From Patescibacteria group bacterium UBA6532 (GTDB lineage Bacteria; Patescibacteriota; Minisyncoccia; Minisyncoccales; UBA6532), in NCBI GenBank assembly GCA_002434805.1, contig DJKW01000004.1, positions 11,936-75,935 of the forward strand: 64,000 bases of DNA, given 5' to 3'. The translations under genes were made by a program, and so were the position numbers. This document shows positions 9,532-18,892 of this stretch, piece after piece (position 1 is the stretch's first letter; each line of letters begins with the position of its first letter). The notes under the pieces were generated by a model. The model searched no databases and had not been told where the DNA came from. It was given only the letters and a program-made list of their open reading frames with translations.

Positions 9532-11375
9532 TTTGTTATGAAAGTTTTGTACCAAATTTGAAAAGTGAGCAACGACCAAATCATGTCTAAGTTATACCTT
9601 TTTCCTGAAATATGATCATCTAAAATCTTTTTAATTTCTGGAAAATTAAAATATTCCTGGGTTTGATGATTATAATTTGGCGAAAGAACCTCATAAGCAA
9701 AGTCTTTTAAGCCCTTCCTTAGCCATTTAGCTGCTGGAGAAAACCAGCCTCGTTTCTCTTTGCCCAAAAGATGAGAAGGTAAGTATTCTTTCATTGCTTC
9801 CCTGAAAATCCACTTATTATCTTTTTTTCCCCGGACTTTATACTTTGTTGGAATTCTGAAAGCAAATTCTACTAAACGGTGATCCAAAATCGGCACCCTC
9901 TCCTCTAATCCAAAAGCCATGGTCATTTTGTCTGAACGAATTAAAGATTCGTCAGGAAGCCAGGTTAAAAGGTCTAAATACATAAGGTATTTTGTTTTAT
10001 CCTTAAACTTATCTTCAGGATACAACTTTCGCAAAAAATCTCCTGTAAGTTCTTCTAAAAAATCCTTTTTTAGAACCTGAGATAAAATTCGTGACTTCTC
10101 GCCCATGAATAAAAGATAGCGGCTAACGCCGGAAGGAGTATTAAGTTTTGACGCTAAGTCTTTTTTGGAAAACATTAATTTTAAGAAAGGAGGAAAGATA
10201 TTCTTTCTAAGAAAAGAAGGCAGAAGCTGATACTGATCTATCAGCTTACTGTAATAATAACGGGGGTATCCGCCAAAAATCTCATCTCCCCCATCGCCCC
10301 CCAAGACAACAGCCACTTCTTTTTTGGCAAGTTGAGAAAGAAGAAAATTAGGAACCTGAATAGGATTGGGAACAGGTTCTTCCATGTGCCAAATTACTTT
10401 CTCGATATTATCCCTAACATCAATATCGCTTACTAACAGTTCGTGGTGATCAGTTTTGTAGTATTTACTGGTTTGACGCGCCAGCCGAAAATCCCTATTA
10501 AATTTTTCCTCTTCAATATTAATATCAAAGCCAACAGAATAAGTTTTAATTTTCCCGGAAATGAATTGAGAAGCCATTCCTAAAATAGAGCTGGAATCAA
10601 TGCCTCCGCTCAAAAAAATACCCACTGGTCTGTCAGAAATTAACTGGCGTTTAACAGAATCTTTAAGCAGAGACTTTATCTCTTCTATTGCTTCTTCTTT
10701 AGAACTTATCTCAGAAGAGTCTTGAAGTTCCCAATATCTATGATGAGTAATCTTTCCTTTTTCATAAATTAAATAATTGGCCGGTGGAAGCTTCTTAATA
10801 TCCTGAAATAAAGTAAATGGGCTGGGAACAAAAAAAATCCGAAAATAATGCAAAAGGGCTTCTTTGTCTACTGCTCTCTTAATGGGATGAACCAAAATTG
10901 CCTTAATTTCCGAGGAAAAAATAAATTTTTTACCATCAAAATAATAATAAAGGGGTTTTACGCCAATTCTATCTCGAGCTAAAAAAATCTTATCTTTATT
11001 TTTATCGAAAATGGCAAAACCAAAAATTCCATTAAGATCTTCTAAGCATTTCTCTTCCTTTTCTTCATAAAGATGGATGATTACTTCGCTATCTGATTGA
11101 GAAAAAAACTTATGCCCTTTTTTTTGAAGCCCTTCTCTTATTTCCTGAAAATTATATATTTCACCGTTACAAATAAGACATATTGATTTGTCTTCATTCC
11201 AGATTGGCTGTCTGGCTTTTTCGGAAAGATCAATAATAGAAAGCCTGGCGTGGCCTAAAGAAATATTTTCACCGCAATAAAACCCTTCTTGGTCGGGTCC
11301 CCGGTGTCTGGTTATATCCACCATTTTTCTGATCAGTCCCTCGTCTTGAAAATTAAAACCATTAATACTACACAT
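9528..11375 (-). CDS. Asparagine synthase (glutamine-hydrolysing) family amidotransferase, WbpS-like
   Basis: N-terminal MC(SINGF) nucleophile Cys, GPDQEG, and PP-loop SGGIDSS; 615 aa. Confidence 0.85.
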   Translation of the reverse strand: MCSINGFNFQDEGLIRKMVDITRHRGPDQEGFYCGENISLGHARLSIIDLSEKARQPIWNEDKSICLICNGEIYNFQEIREGLQKKGHKFFSQSDSEVIIHLYEEKEEKCLEDLNGIFGFAIFDKNKDKIFLARDRIGVKPLYYYFDGKKFIFSSEIKAILVHPIKRAVDKEALLHYFRIFFVPSPFTLFQDIKKLPPANYLIYEKGKITHHRYWELQDSSEISSKEEAIEEIKSLLKDSVKRQLISDRPVGIFLSGGIDSSSILGMASQFISGKIKTYSVGFDINIEEEKFNRDFRLARQTSKYYKTDHHELLVSDIDVRDNIEKVIWHMEEPVPNPIQVPNFLLSQLAKKEVAVVLGGDGGDEIFGGYPRYYYSKLIDQYQLLPSFLRKNIFPPFLKLMFSKKDLASKLNTPSGVSRYLLFMGEKSRILSQVLKKDFLEELTGDFLRKLYPEDKFKDKTKYLMYLDLLTWLPDESLIRSDKMTMAFGLEERVPILDHRLVEFAFRIPTKYKVRGKKDNKWIFREAMKEYLPSHLLGKEKRGWFSPAAKWLRKGLKDFAYEVLSPNYNHQTQEYFNFPEIKKILDDHISGKRYNLDMIWSLLTFQIWYKTFITK

Positions 11376-12402
11376 GAAAACCTAAAATTATTTTATCTAT
11401 TAAATTATCTAAATTATGATATTTAACGACTATTTCTTTTAAGCTTTTATCTTTCTCAACCCCTTTTAATTTAATAATCATCTGAGCTAACCCCTCTGAA
11501 TCTTTTTTCTTAAAAAGATATTTTGGATCTAAAATTGTTTCAAAAGCTTCATTGCAAGTTAAAACTAAACAACCAGAAATCATAGCCTCTAAAACTATTT
11601 TATCAATGCTCCCTGTATGGCTTAAATTCACAACTAAATCAGAATTTTGGTAATATTTTGACATTTCTCGGTGCGGTACTCCACCTAAAAATTCTATATA
11701 ATTTTGTAGGTTTTTTTCTTGAACTAAAAACTTTAATCTTTCAAAATATTTTTTTTCAGAATCCTCAAGAGGACTACCAATAATTTTTATCTCAATATCT
11801 CTAATGCTTTTTTGATTTATTAAAATATCAATGGCATGAATTAATGTTTCTAAATCTTTTGAAGGAGCAATTCTACCTACAGATAATATCCTAAGTTTTA
11901 ATGAACTTGTAATAAGTTCTGATTGTTTAAATTGATCTATATCAATACCATGTCCGAGAATTTTGATTTTTTTTCGGTTTTTCAAACGATTACTTTCTTC
12001 CGAAGCAGTTAAAATATTATCTACTAATTTTTCTGCTAGTTTCAACTTCCAGTTTAAAGATTTATGAAGAAACCAAAGCATCATTTTCTTTCTAAATATT
12101 TTCACTAAAGGAAAAGAAGTAATTACGTAAATTGGAGACATATGAATAAAAACTCCATCTACGACAGGAAGAGTTTTTAAGAGAATTTTTTGTAATCTGA
12201 AAAATTGTTTTAATTTTGAAAAACCATTTTCTTTTCCAAGAGATAAAACTTCAACATTATCTGGTAATCTATATTCCCCCTTCCAAAGACAAATTACATA
12301 AAGTTTATCTAATCTCGCAGAAAACTTTTCTAACCATTTATGAAAAAATCCTAAATTGTCATCGTTAATATCAACCTTCTGAGTAATAACTAATAATTTC
12401 AT
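11368..12402 (-). CDS. GT-B glycosyltransferase (GT4-like)
   Basis: 344 aa. C-terminal half has GRIAPSKD and IDKIVLEAMISGCLVL. Confidence 0.7.
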   Translation of the reverse strand: MKLLVITQKVDINDDNLGFFHKWLEKFSARLDKLYVICLWKGEYRLPDNVEVLSLGKENGFSKLKQFFRLQKILLKTLPVVDGVFIHMSPIYVITSFPLVKIFRKKMMLWFLHKSLNWKLKLAEKLVDNILTASEESNRLKNRKKIKILGHGIDIDQFKQSELITSSLKLRILSVGRIAPSKDLETLIHAIDILINQKSIRDIEIKIIGSPLEDSEKKYFERLKFLVQEKNLQNYIEFLGGVPHREMSKYYQNSDLVVNLSHTGSIDKIVLEAMISGCLVLTCNEAFETILDPKYLFKKKDSEGLAQMIIKLKGVEKDKSLKEIVVKYHNLDNLIDKIILGFHV

Positions 12403-12403
12403 A

Positions 12404-13087
12404 TTAAAGATTAAATGTTCTTCTTGTTTTTCTCAATCTTTCTTCAGTGCCTAAGTCTTGAAAAAAACCATTATGAACAAAATTACCGAGCATTCCTTCT
12501 TGAGATATTTTAGGAAAAATATCTTTTTCTATCATAAAAAATTCAGAGTCCACACCATTAAATATATTAGGTGAAAGAATATATACACCAACGTTTATGA
12601 ATTCTGATGATTTTTTATTCTCAAAATCCGGTTTTTCTAAAAATTTAATTGTTGATCCTGAATCAACCATAACAACTCCCAATCCTTCATAATTAGCAAC
12701 CTTAGATATTACATGCATATTAGGAAAAGAAGATTCTTTAAATACATCAATAAACTTAGATAAATTCAAGTCTGTTAATATATCCCCATTTAGCACTAAA
12801 AATGGTTCTTTAAAGCCTTTGGAAGTAAATTTAATCGCACCTCCGGTACCTAAAGGTTCTTTCTCAACTACGTAATCGTGCTTCCCAGCTAAATAATCTA
12901 TTATTTCATTCGCTTTAAAACCTAAAGATAATTTAATCTCTTTATCTTTAATGCCATGGCTTTTAAGCCAATCTATTTGATGCTGTAAAATAGGCTTTTG
13001 ACCTACTTTCACAAGGGCTTTTGGAATATCTTTGGCTGATTGAGAAAGCCTAGTAGCTTTTCCCCCAGCTAATATAATTGTCTTCAT
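12404..13087 (-). CDS. Sugar-1-phosphate nucleotidyltransferase
   Basis: MKTIILAGGKATRL and EKEPLGTGGAI; 227 aa. Confidence 0.8.
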   Translation of the reverse strand: MKTIILAGGKATRLSQSAKDIPKALVKVGQKPILQHQIDWLKSHGIKDKEIKLSLGFKANEIIDYLAGKHDYVVEKEPLGTGGAIKFTSKGFKEPFLVLNGDILTDLNLSKFIDVFKESSFPNMHVISKVANYEGLGVVMVDSGSTIKFLEKPDFENKKSSEFINVGVYILSPNIFNGVDSEFFMIEKDIFPKISQEGMLGNFVHNGFFQDLGTEERLRKTRRTFNL

Positions 13088-13094
13088 AATCCCT

Positions 13095-13766
13095 TTAAGA
13101 TAATTTATTGTGTTTTTTCTTATAAGATTTCAGAAAATTCTTAATATTATGACTATCACTGCCATAAGTAATTTTAACTTTCTTCTTTCTTAACATACTA
13201 AGAAATTCTTTGTCTGGAACTTTGTATTTTTTATTGAATTCAAAAACTTTTTTATATTTTTTAGCATTTTTAACAATCGCTTTCTTCATTGAATTAGGTA
13301 GCCTTATCTCATATTTTTTTAACATCGCTGTAGGATGAGCAATAATATCAACATTCTTATTTTTTTGAAGTTCTATCATTGCTCTGTACCATAAATGAAG
13401 TGCTCTTTTCTTATCAGATAAAATTTCTTCATGCACTAAATATTTTTCTTTTGCTTTTGGTATTCTATGAAAAGATCCTAAAACTAAATCAACTTTCTTA
13501 AAGACTTTATTGGTAGCATCAATATTGCCATTTAAATCAATAACCTTTGCTTCAATCCCTGAATAAATTTTTACTTGAGGATATTTTCTCTGTACTCTTT
13601 TAATCTCTTTTACAAATTTATCTACCCATTTAGTATTTTTTTCAACATGCTCAGTAAAAGCTATCTCTTTCAATCCTAATTTAATGGCTGTTTTTACCAT
13701 TTCCTCAATACTGTTTTCTCCATCATAAGAAAATTTAGAGTGTAAATGAGTGTCCTGATTTGTCAT
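13095..13766 (-). CDS. PHP-domain phosphoesterase (HisJ-like)
   Basis: DTHLHSKFSYDG, FTEH, IAHP and GSDSH metal-ligand strings. Overlaps the upstream gene by 32 nt. Confidence 0.7.
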   Translation of the reverse strand: MTNQDTHLHSKFSYDGENSIEEMVKTAIKLGLKEIAFTEHVEKNTKWVDKFVKEIKRVQRKYPQVKIYSGIEAKVIDLNGNIDATNKVFKKVDLVLGSFHRIPKAKEKYLVHEEILSDKKRALHLWYRAMIELQKNKNVDIIAHPTAMLKKYEIRLPNSMKKAIVKNAKKYKKVFEFNKKYKVPDKEFLSMLRKKKVKITYGSDSHNIKNFLKSYKKKHNKLS

Positions 13767-14799
13767 AATATATTTCTTGCCAATAACGAATCATTTTTGT
13801 TCCCCATTTAATCTTCGGCTTAACTATTTTTTCTCCTAGGGCTAATTTTACTGCCAAATAAACCAAATTTACTCCAGCTGCCGTACAAAGTACGGTTGTC
13901 CCTTGAAGCCTGGGATTAGATTCGATTATTTTAGGTACGCCGTTTTTATCTTTCTTAAACTGAAAACCGATATTACCGTTTAATTTCAAGGCCTCTATAA
14001 TTTTTTTGGAATATTTAATTATTTCTTTATCTTTAACAGTAGTTCCGACCACGCTTATTCCCATTTTAGTTTTATCTCTTGAACGAGGAACAACGAGGAG
14101 GACTTCACCCTCATCTGCTAAGGTATCAACGCTGTATTCTTTGCCTGGTAAATACTCCATAACTATTAATTCGGGAAAAGGTTTGGCAATCTTTAAAATA
14201 GACTGGGCCTCTTTAAAACTTATTAAAGCATTATTGGGTTTGGAATCAATTAACGAGGCAAGATGGTTTGGCTTTTTAGTTAAGATTCTGAACCCACGCG
14301 CTCCTTTAGAGATAGGCGGCTTAAAACAAACTCCTTTTTTAGGATAGCCAAGAGCAAAAACTGCTTTTTCAAATTCTTTATAATTTTTAGCTAAATAAAA
14401 GTCGGGTGCTGGAATGTTATTTCGTTTACAATGATCCAGTAAAGAATATTTATTATTGGCATTTTTAAGGGCGCCTGGATTAGAAATAGAAATTTTAATA
14501 CCGTGATCTTCAAACTTTTTTTTAGATTGAGCTAATTCATTAATCCCGGAGGCAGACAAAGGTAAAATAACGTCTACTTTTTCTTTTTTTGAAATCTTTA
14601 AAAGAGTCTGAATGAAATTTTTATCTTGAGCTGGAGGAACAATATATGATTTATCAACCATGCTAAAACCTACTGCATTTTTATCCATATCTATTCCTAC
14701 TATCTTTATTTTTCTCTCCTTAATTAATTTAAGACTCTTAATTGTTCCAGGGGCTCCCGGACCCCCGATCCCCGTAATTAAGACTGTGGCTTGTTTCAT
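13735..14799 (-). CDS. ATP-grasp ligase (carbamoyl-phosphate-synthase-L-like fold)
   Basis: 354 aa. Pre-ATP-grasp Rossmann-like N-terminus (VLITGIGGPGAPG), central KPPISKGARGF, MEYLPGKEYSVD and ESNPRLQG. Confidence 0.7.
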   Translation of the reverse strand: MKQATVLITGIGGPGAPGTIKSLKLIKERKIKIVGIDMDKNAVGFSMVDKSYIVPPAQDKNFIQTLLKISKKEKVDVILPLSASGINELAQSKKKFEDHGIKISISNPGALKNANNKYSLLDHCKRNNIPAPDFYLAKNYKEFEKAVFALGYPKKGVCFKPPISKGARGFRILTKKPNHLASLIDSKPNNALISFKEAQSILKIAKPFPELIVMEYLPGKEYSVDTLADEGEVLLVVPRSRDKTKMGISVVGTTVKDKEIIKYSKKIIEALKLNGNIGFQFKKDKNGVPKIIESNPRLQGTTVLCTAAGVNLVYLAVKLALGEKIVKPKIKWGTKMIRYWQEIYYDKSGHSFTL

Positions 14800-14801
14800 G
14801 T

Positions 14802-15440
14802 TTATTTGATTATTAATCGAACTACCTCAAAAGCTTCAGCATAAGATGCACCGATTTGAACCCCTCTAACCTTAGCTAAGCTTCTAATAAATTTTTCGTC
14901 CATGTATAGACGGTGCTCTTGAGATTTATATTTTTTTATAGCTGCTATTTTCTTCTCAATATTTTTTTCCTCTAAAAGTATAAAACCAACAGTACTGAAA
15001 GTAAGGTGGCCCCATGGATCTTCGTAACATAAGATAGTAGTGCGCTTAAAGGCGCGTAATCCCTCCTTAGCAATTACTTGATGGTCTTGATGAATATCGC
15101 CCAATGTAGGCATAAAAACTAAATCTGGCTTTATCTTATCTCTAAGCTTCAACATTTCTTCTAAAATCTCCTGACGATGCTCGGTTAAATTTCTTACCGG
15201 GTAATCATAAATTAAAAGATGCTGAGAATCAATCTCTAAAACCTTTGCCGATTCTTTTAATTCCTCTAAAAGTATATCAGGGCTTAAAGAAGATTCCTTT
15301 AAAATAGGAGCTTTTGAGAAATTAGCTAAAAAAACTTCTTTACCTTCCTCTATGAATTTAGTGATTGTCCCGCCGCACCCGATTTCAGCGTCATCGGTAT
15401 GAGGAGCTAAAACTAATATTTTTTGAACGTTATTGAACAT
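14802..15440 (-). CDS. PIG-L/LmbE-family N-deacetylase
   Basis: LVLAPHTDDAEIGCGGT and GDIHQDH, the family zinc-site signatures. Confidence 0.85.
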   Translation of the reverse strand: MFNNVQKILVLAPHTDDAEIGCGGTITKFIEEGKEVFLANFSKAPILKESSLSPDILLEELKESAKVLEIDSQHLLIYDYPVRNLTEHRQEILEEMLKLRDKIKPDLVFMPTLGDIHQDHQVIAKEGLRAFKRTTILCYEDPWGHLTFSTVGFILLEEKNIEKKIAAIKKYKSQEHRLYMDEKFIRSLAKVRGVQIGASYAEAFEVVRLIIK

Positions 15441-15534
15441 ATTTTTACTTTTATTAAGTTTTAATTCTTATTATCTGTCTTAGCTATTTATCATAAAATA
15501 ATTTTCGATTTTTGGCAATATTGACCGACTTTAT

Positions 15535-16629
15535 CTAATTATTAATCATTTGGATGTAATTTTCCATATACTTTTCATTAGAGAAATTTTTAGCTACAAA
15601 ATTCTTACCAATTCTTCCCATTTTAATCGCTAAATCTCTGTTCTTTATTAAAATTTTTAATTTTTCTGCCAGTTCGTTTGAATTACCAACTTCAAATAAA
15701 AATCCGGTTTGGCCATCCTCAATTAACTCCGGGATGCCTCCCACCTCGCTGGCGATCAAAGGCTTACTAAGAGCCTGAGCCTCCAATAAGACTCTTGGTA
15801 ACCCCTCAGACAAAGAAGGTAAAACTAAACAATAACAATCTTTCATGATATTCTTCGTTTCTTCTAAAGAAAGCTTTCCCTTAAATTCTACCCTATCCAG
15901 CAATTTTAAATCCTTAACCTTAGATTTTAAGTTCTCTCTTTCTTCTCCCTCTCCGATAATTATTAACTTAAAATCAGGAAAGTCTTTGCTAGTCTTAGCA
16001 AAAGCATCAATCAGGTATTCTGTTCCCTTAACTTCTTCTAGCTGTCCCACGAATAAAATATAATTATTGTAGCTAATACTGCTTTCTTTAAGAAATATTT
16101 CTAAATCAGTAAAAGTTGGAAATAAAAAGTATGGCTTTTTGGGAGCAATTTCTTTAGCTCTTTTTATTAAATATCTAGCCACCCCTCTAATTTTGTCTGC
16201 ATTTTTAAAGCTGAATCTGGCTATGGCAGGAATAAATTTTCTTTGAAAAGATTCAAATCTCCTTTTTTTAGAAAGAAATGGGCCATCTTCCCAATCTCCG
16301 TGAATCTCAACTATTAATTCTTTTTTAAATAAAATCTTTAAGATGGATCCCAAAAAACCTTCTAATAACGGAGATTGGCTTATTATTACATCAATTCTTT
16401 TTACCAAACACAAATAAACCGTTAGGAAAAAAGCCAGGGGCCAAAAGAAAATTCCTTGAGGTAAGAGATAAACGTCTGCTCCCCAAATTTTTTTATGAAA
16501 AGGCCGTCCTCTACCTAATAAATAGGGCTTTGTTCCTTTGCTTAACCCTAAAAACTTCTTTTGAAGATGCAATGGCGGCGATTTCTCAAAATCAAATTTT
16601 GTAACTCCAATAAATAAAACTTTCTTCAT
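15535..16629 (-). CDS. GT-B glycosyltransferase (GT4-like)
   Basis: PSLSEGLPRVLLEAQALSKPLIASEVGGIPELIEDGQTG. Confidence 0.85.
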   Translation of the reverse strand: MKKVLFIGVTKFDFEKSPPLHLQKKFLGLSKGTKPYLLGRGRPFHKKIWGADVYLLPQGIFFWPLAFFLTVYLCLVKRIDVIISQSPLLEGFLGSILKILFKKELIVEIHGDWEDGPFLSKKRRFESFQRKFIPAIARFSFKNADKIRGVARYLIKRAKEIAPKKPYFLFPTFTDLEIFLKESSISYNNYILFVGQLEEVKGTEYLIDAFAKTSKDFPDFKLIIIGEGEERENLKSKVKDLKLLDRVEFKGKLSLEETKNIMKDCYCLVLPSLSEGLPRVLLEAQALSKPLIASEVGGIPELIEDGQTGFLFEVGNSNELAEKLKILIKNRDLAIKMGRIGKNFVAKNFSNEKYMENYIQMINN

Positions 16630-17783
16630 GGTTTTAACGCTTTTAGTGTTTCATTTACTAAATTTTCCCAACTAAACTTTTTAAGTTTAATCTTTGAATT
16701 TTCTATAAATTTTTGCTTTAAGTTTTTGTCGTTTATTAATTTAATTATAGCTTTTTTTAATTGCTCTTTATTATTATATTCCACTAAAATTCCGTTAACT
16801 CCATCTTCTATCAATTCGGGGTTTCCTCCCTCATTCGTGGTTATTACGGGGACTCCCAACTGCATAGATTCCAAAATAACATGAGCAAAGCCTTCTTGAG
16901 CTGAATTAAGAATAAAAATATCGGATTTTTTAAAAAATAAAGGTATCTCCTCATGAGAAACTCGCCCAACTAATTTAACCTTATCTCCAAGCCCTAATTT
17001 TTTAATCTTAAATTCTAAGTTTTTTCTTTCATCCCCTTCTCCTATAATCAATAGTTTTAAATTTGGTATTTCCTGAAGTAAATCTTTTGTGATTTCAATT
17101 AAGCAATGAAATCCTTTCCAGGAATCTAATCTTCCAATCGATAATATAGTTTTTCCATCGGATTTAATTTCCTCTTGAGAATCTTTATTAAAAATATCTA
17201 AACTGAGCAAATCTTTTGGCGCATTATAAATTAATTGTATTTTGTTCTCTGGGACCCCCCAGCTATTAATGGATTTTTTCAAATAGTTGCATGGGACAAC
17301 GATTAAATTAGCCCTCTTAGCCAGCGCTTCTTGCATCCTTTTTAAAAGTTTAATTTTAAAAGTTTTTGCTTTATGAAATTCGCTTATTCTTCCAGAAAAC
17401 CAGCCCCTCATTGAACTCTGCTCCCAAGCGTAATTTCCTACTACCTTTATGACAAGTTTCTTTCTTAAAATTTTAGAAGCTAATATCGATGGGAATCCAG
17501 CGCTAGTTAAATTCTGGGCATAAATAACGTCAGAATCTTTTGCTAAATTTAATAAGTGTAAAAAATATAAAAAATGCCTTAACCCTTTTGGATATCTTCG
17601 AGAAACCCTAATAACCGAAAAGTCATATTTTTTCGTTTTAGGGTTTGAATTTAATCCACCAGCATAAGTAATCACTGCCACCTCTAAATTACGTTGAGAT
17701 AGCTTATTTGCCAATCTCTCAACATATATTGCTGGTCCTCCAATGTCTGGAGGAAAAATACCAGTGGCAATTAATATTTTCAT
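16626..17783 (-). CDS. GT-B glycosyltransferase (GT4-like)
   Basis: MKILIATGIFPPDIGGPAIY and NSAQEGFAHVILESMQLGVPVITTNEGGNPELIEDGVNG. Start moved to ATG 17783 (ATGA overlap with the upstream stop). Confidence 0.85.
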   Translation of the reverse strand: MKILIATGIFPPDIGGPAIYVERLANKLSQRNLEVAVITYAGGLNSNPKTKKYDFSVIRVSRRYPKGLRHFLYFLHLLNLAKDSDVIYAQNLTSAGFPSILASKILRKKLVIKVVGNYAWEQSSMRGWFSGRISEFHKAKTFKIKLLKRMQEALAKRANLIVVPCNYLKKSINSWGVPENKIQLIYNAPKDLLSLDIFNKDSQEEIKSDGKTILSIGRLDSWKGFHCLIEITKDLLQEIPNLKLLIIGEGDERKNLEFKIKKLGLGDKVKLVGRVSHEEIPLFFKKSDIFILNSAQEGFAHVILESMQLGVPVITTNEGGNPELIEDGVNGILVEYNNKEQLKKAIIKLINDKNLKQKFIENSKIKLKKFSWENLVNETLKALKP

Positions 17784-18892
17784 ATTAATATTTTTTGGTA
17801 AATTTGATTTACTCTTTGGGCAATATTTTGCCAATTATATTTTGGTAATTCAGCCAAAGCATTATTAACTAAGTTTTGAGCAAGTTCGGGTTGAGAATGA
17901 ATTTTAATAAGAGTTAAAGCGATCCCTTCTGAATTCTTTGGCTCAACTAAAATTCCGGTCTTCCCGTCTTCAATAATATCTCTTATTCCACCGATATTGG
18001 TCCCAATAACTGGGACCCTGGCTGCTTGAGCTTCTAAGATTACTATTCCAAATCCTTCCCTTAAAGAGGGTAAAACAAAGCAATCGGCGGCGGCAAGGTG
18101 TTCTGGAATTTTCTTATTGGAAATCTCTCCAAAAAACTTAACCCTATTTTGAAGACCTAAATTTTTTACTAATCTTTCAAGATTTTTTCTTTCTGAACCA
18201 TCGCCAATAATAAAAAGTTTGTAATTTATGGTAAACAGTTCATCCTGCTTTAAAGCCTTAATTAAATATTCTATTCCTTTAACCTTTTCTAATCTGGCTA
18301 TTATCATTATTAAAAATTCATTTTTAATTCCCAGCTTATCTCTACTTCTTTGACGATCAAAACCTTGAAGTCTCTTTAATTCTACACCGTTAGGAATTAT
18401 TTCAATATTGGAACATCCGATCTCTTCAAAATACTTTTTAATAGCAGAACTGGCTGCAATGCAGACTTTGGCATTCTTGTAAACTAATTTCCTTAAAAAA
18501 CCCTTATTCTCTTCTAAGCGCTGAACTGTTATAATATAAGGAGTTTTAGTCAACTTAGAAAGTGAGTAGCCTAAAAAAGAGCTTAAAAATCCCTGGCAGT
18601 GAAGTAAATCTATTTTCTCCCTCTTAATCACTTTGAGGGAATTTAAAAATATAAAGGGCAGAGAAGTTAAAATATAAAGAAGTGAAGAATAAGAAAGATC
18701 CCTTAAGGAAAATAAAGAAGTCCTGGATATATTAACTCCGCTTTTAATTTCCTCTTTGGGTTGATCCGCCACTTTTCCGGTTACGACAAAAACCCCGACT
18801 TTTTCAGAAAGTCTTTCGGCGATATTTTGGGTCCATTGCTCTAATCCCCCAATCACTGGATAATAATGTAAGACTGGTATTAAAACTTTCAT
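17780..18892 (-). CDS. GT-B glycosyltransferase (GT4-like)
   Basis: PSLREGFGIVILEAQAARVPVIGTNIGGIRDIIEDGKTG. Confidence 0.85.
   Translation of the reverse strand: MKVLIPVLHYYPVIGGLEQWTQNIAERLSEKVGVFVVTGKVADQPKEEIKSGVNISRTSLFSLRDLSYSSLLYILTSLPFIFLNSLKVIKREKIDLLHCQGFLSSFLGYSLSKLTKTPYIITVQRLEENKGFLRKLVYKNAKVCIAASSAIKKYFEEIGCSNIEIIPNGVELKRLQGFDRQRSRDKLGIKNEFLIMIIARLEKVKGIEYLIKALKQDELFTINYKLFIIGDGSERKNLERLVKNLGLQNRVKFFGEISNKKIPEHLAAADCFVLPSLREGFGIVILEAQAARVPVIGTNIGGIRDIIEDGKTGILVEPKNSEGIALTLIKIHSQPELAQNLVNNALAELPKYNWQNIAQRVNQIYQKILI

Noticed and set aside
4309-14799. RiPP-type natural-product cluster (radical SAM plus ATP-grasp).
   Set aside because: No plausible precursor-peptide ORF, protease or transporter is adjacent. 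Both enzymes are embedded among nucleotide-sugar and glycosyltransferase genes.
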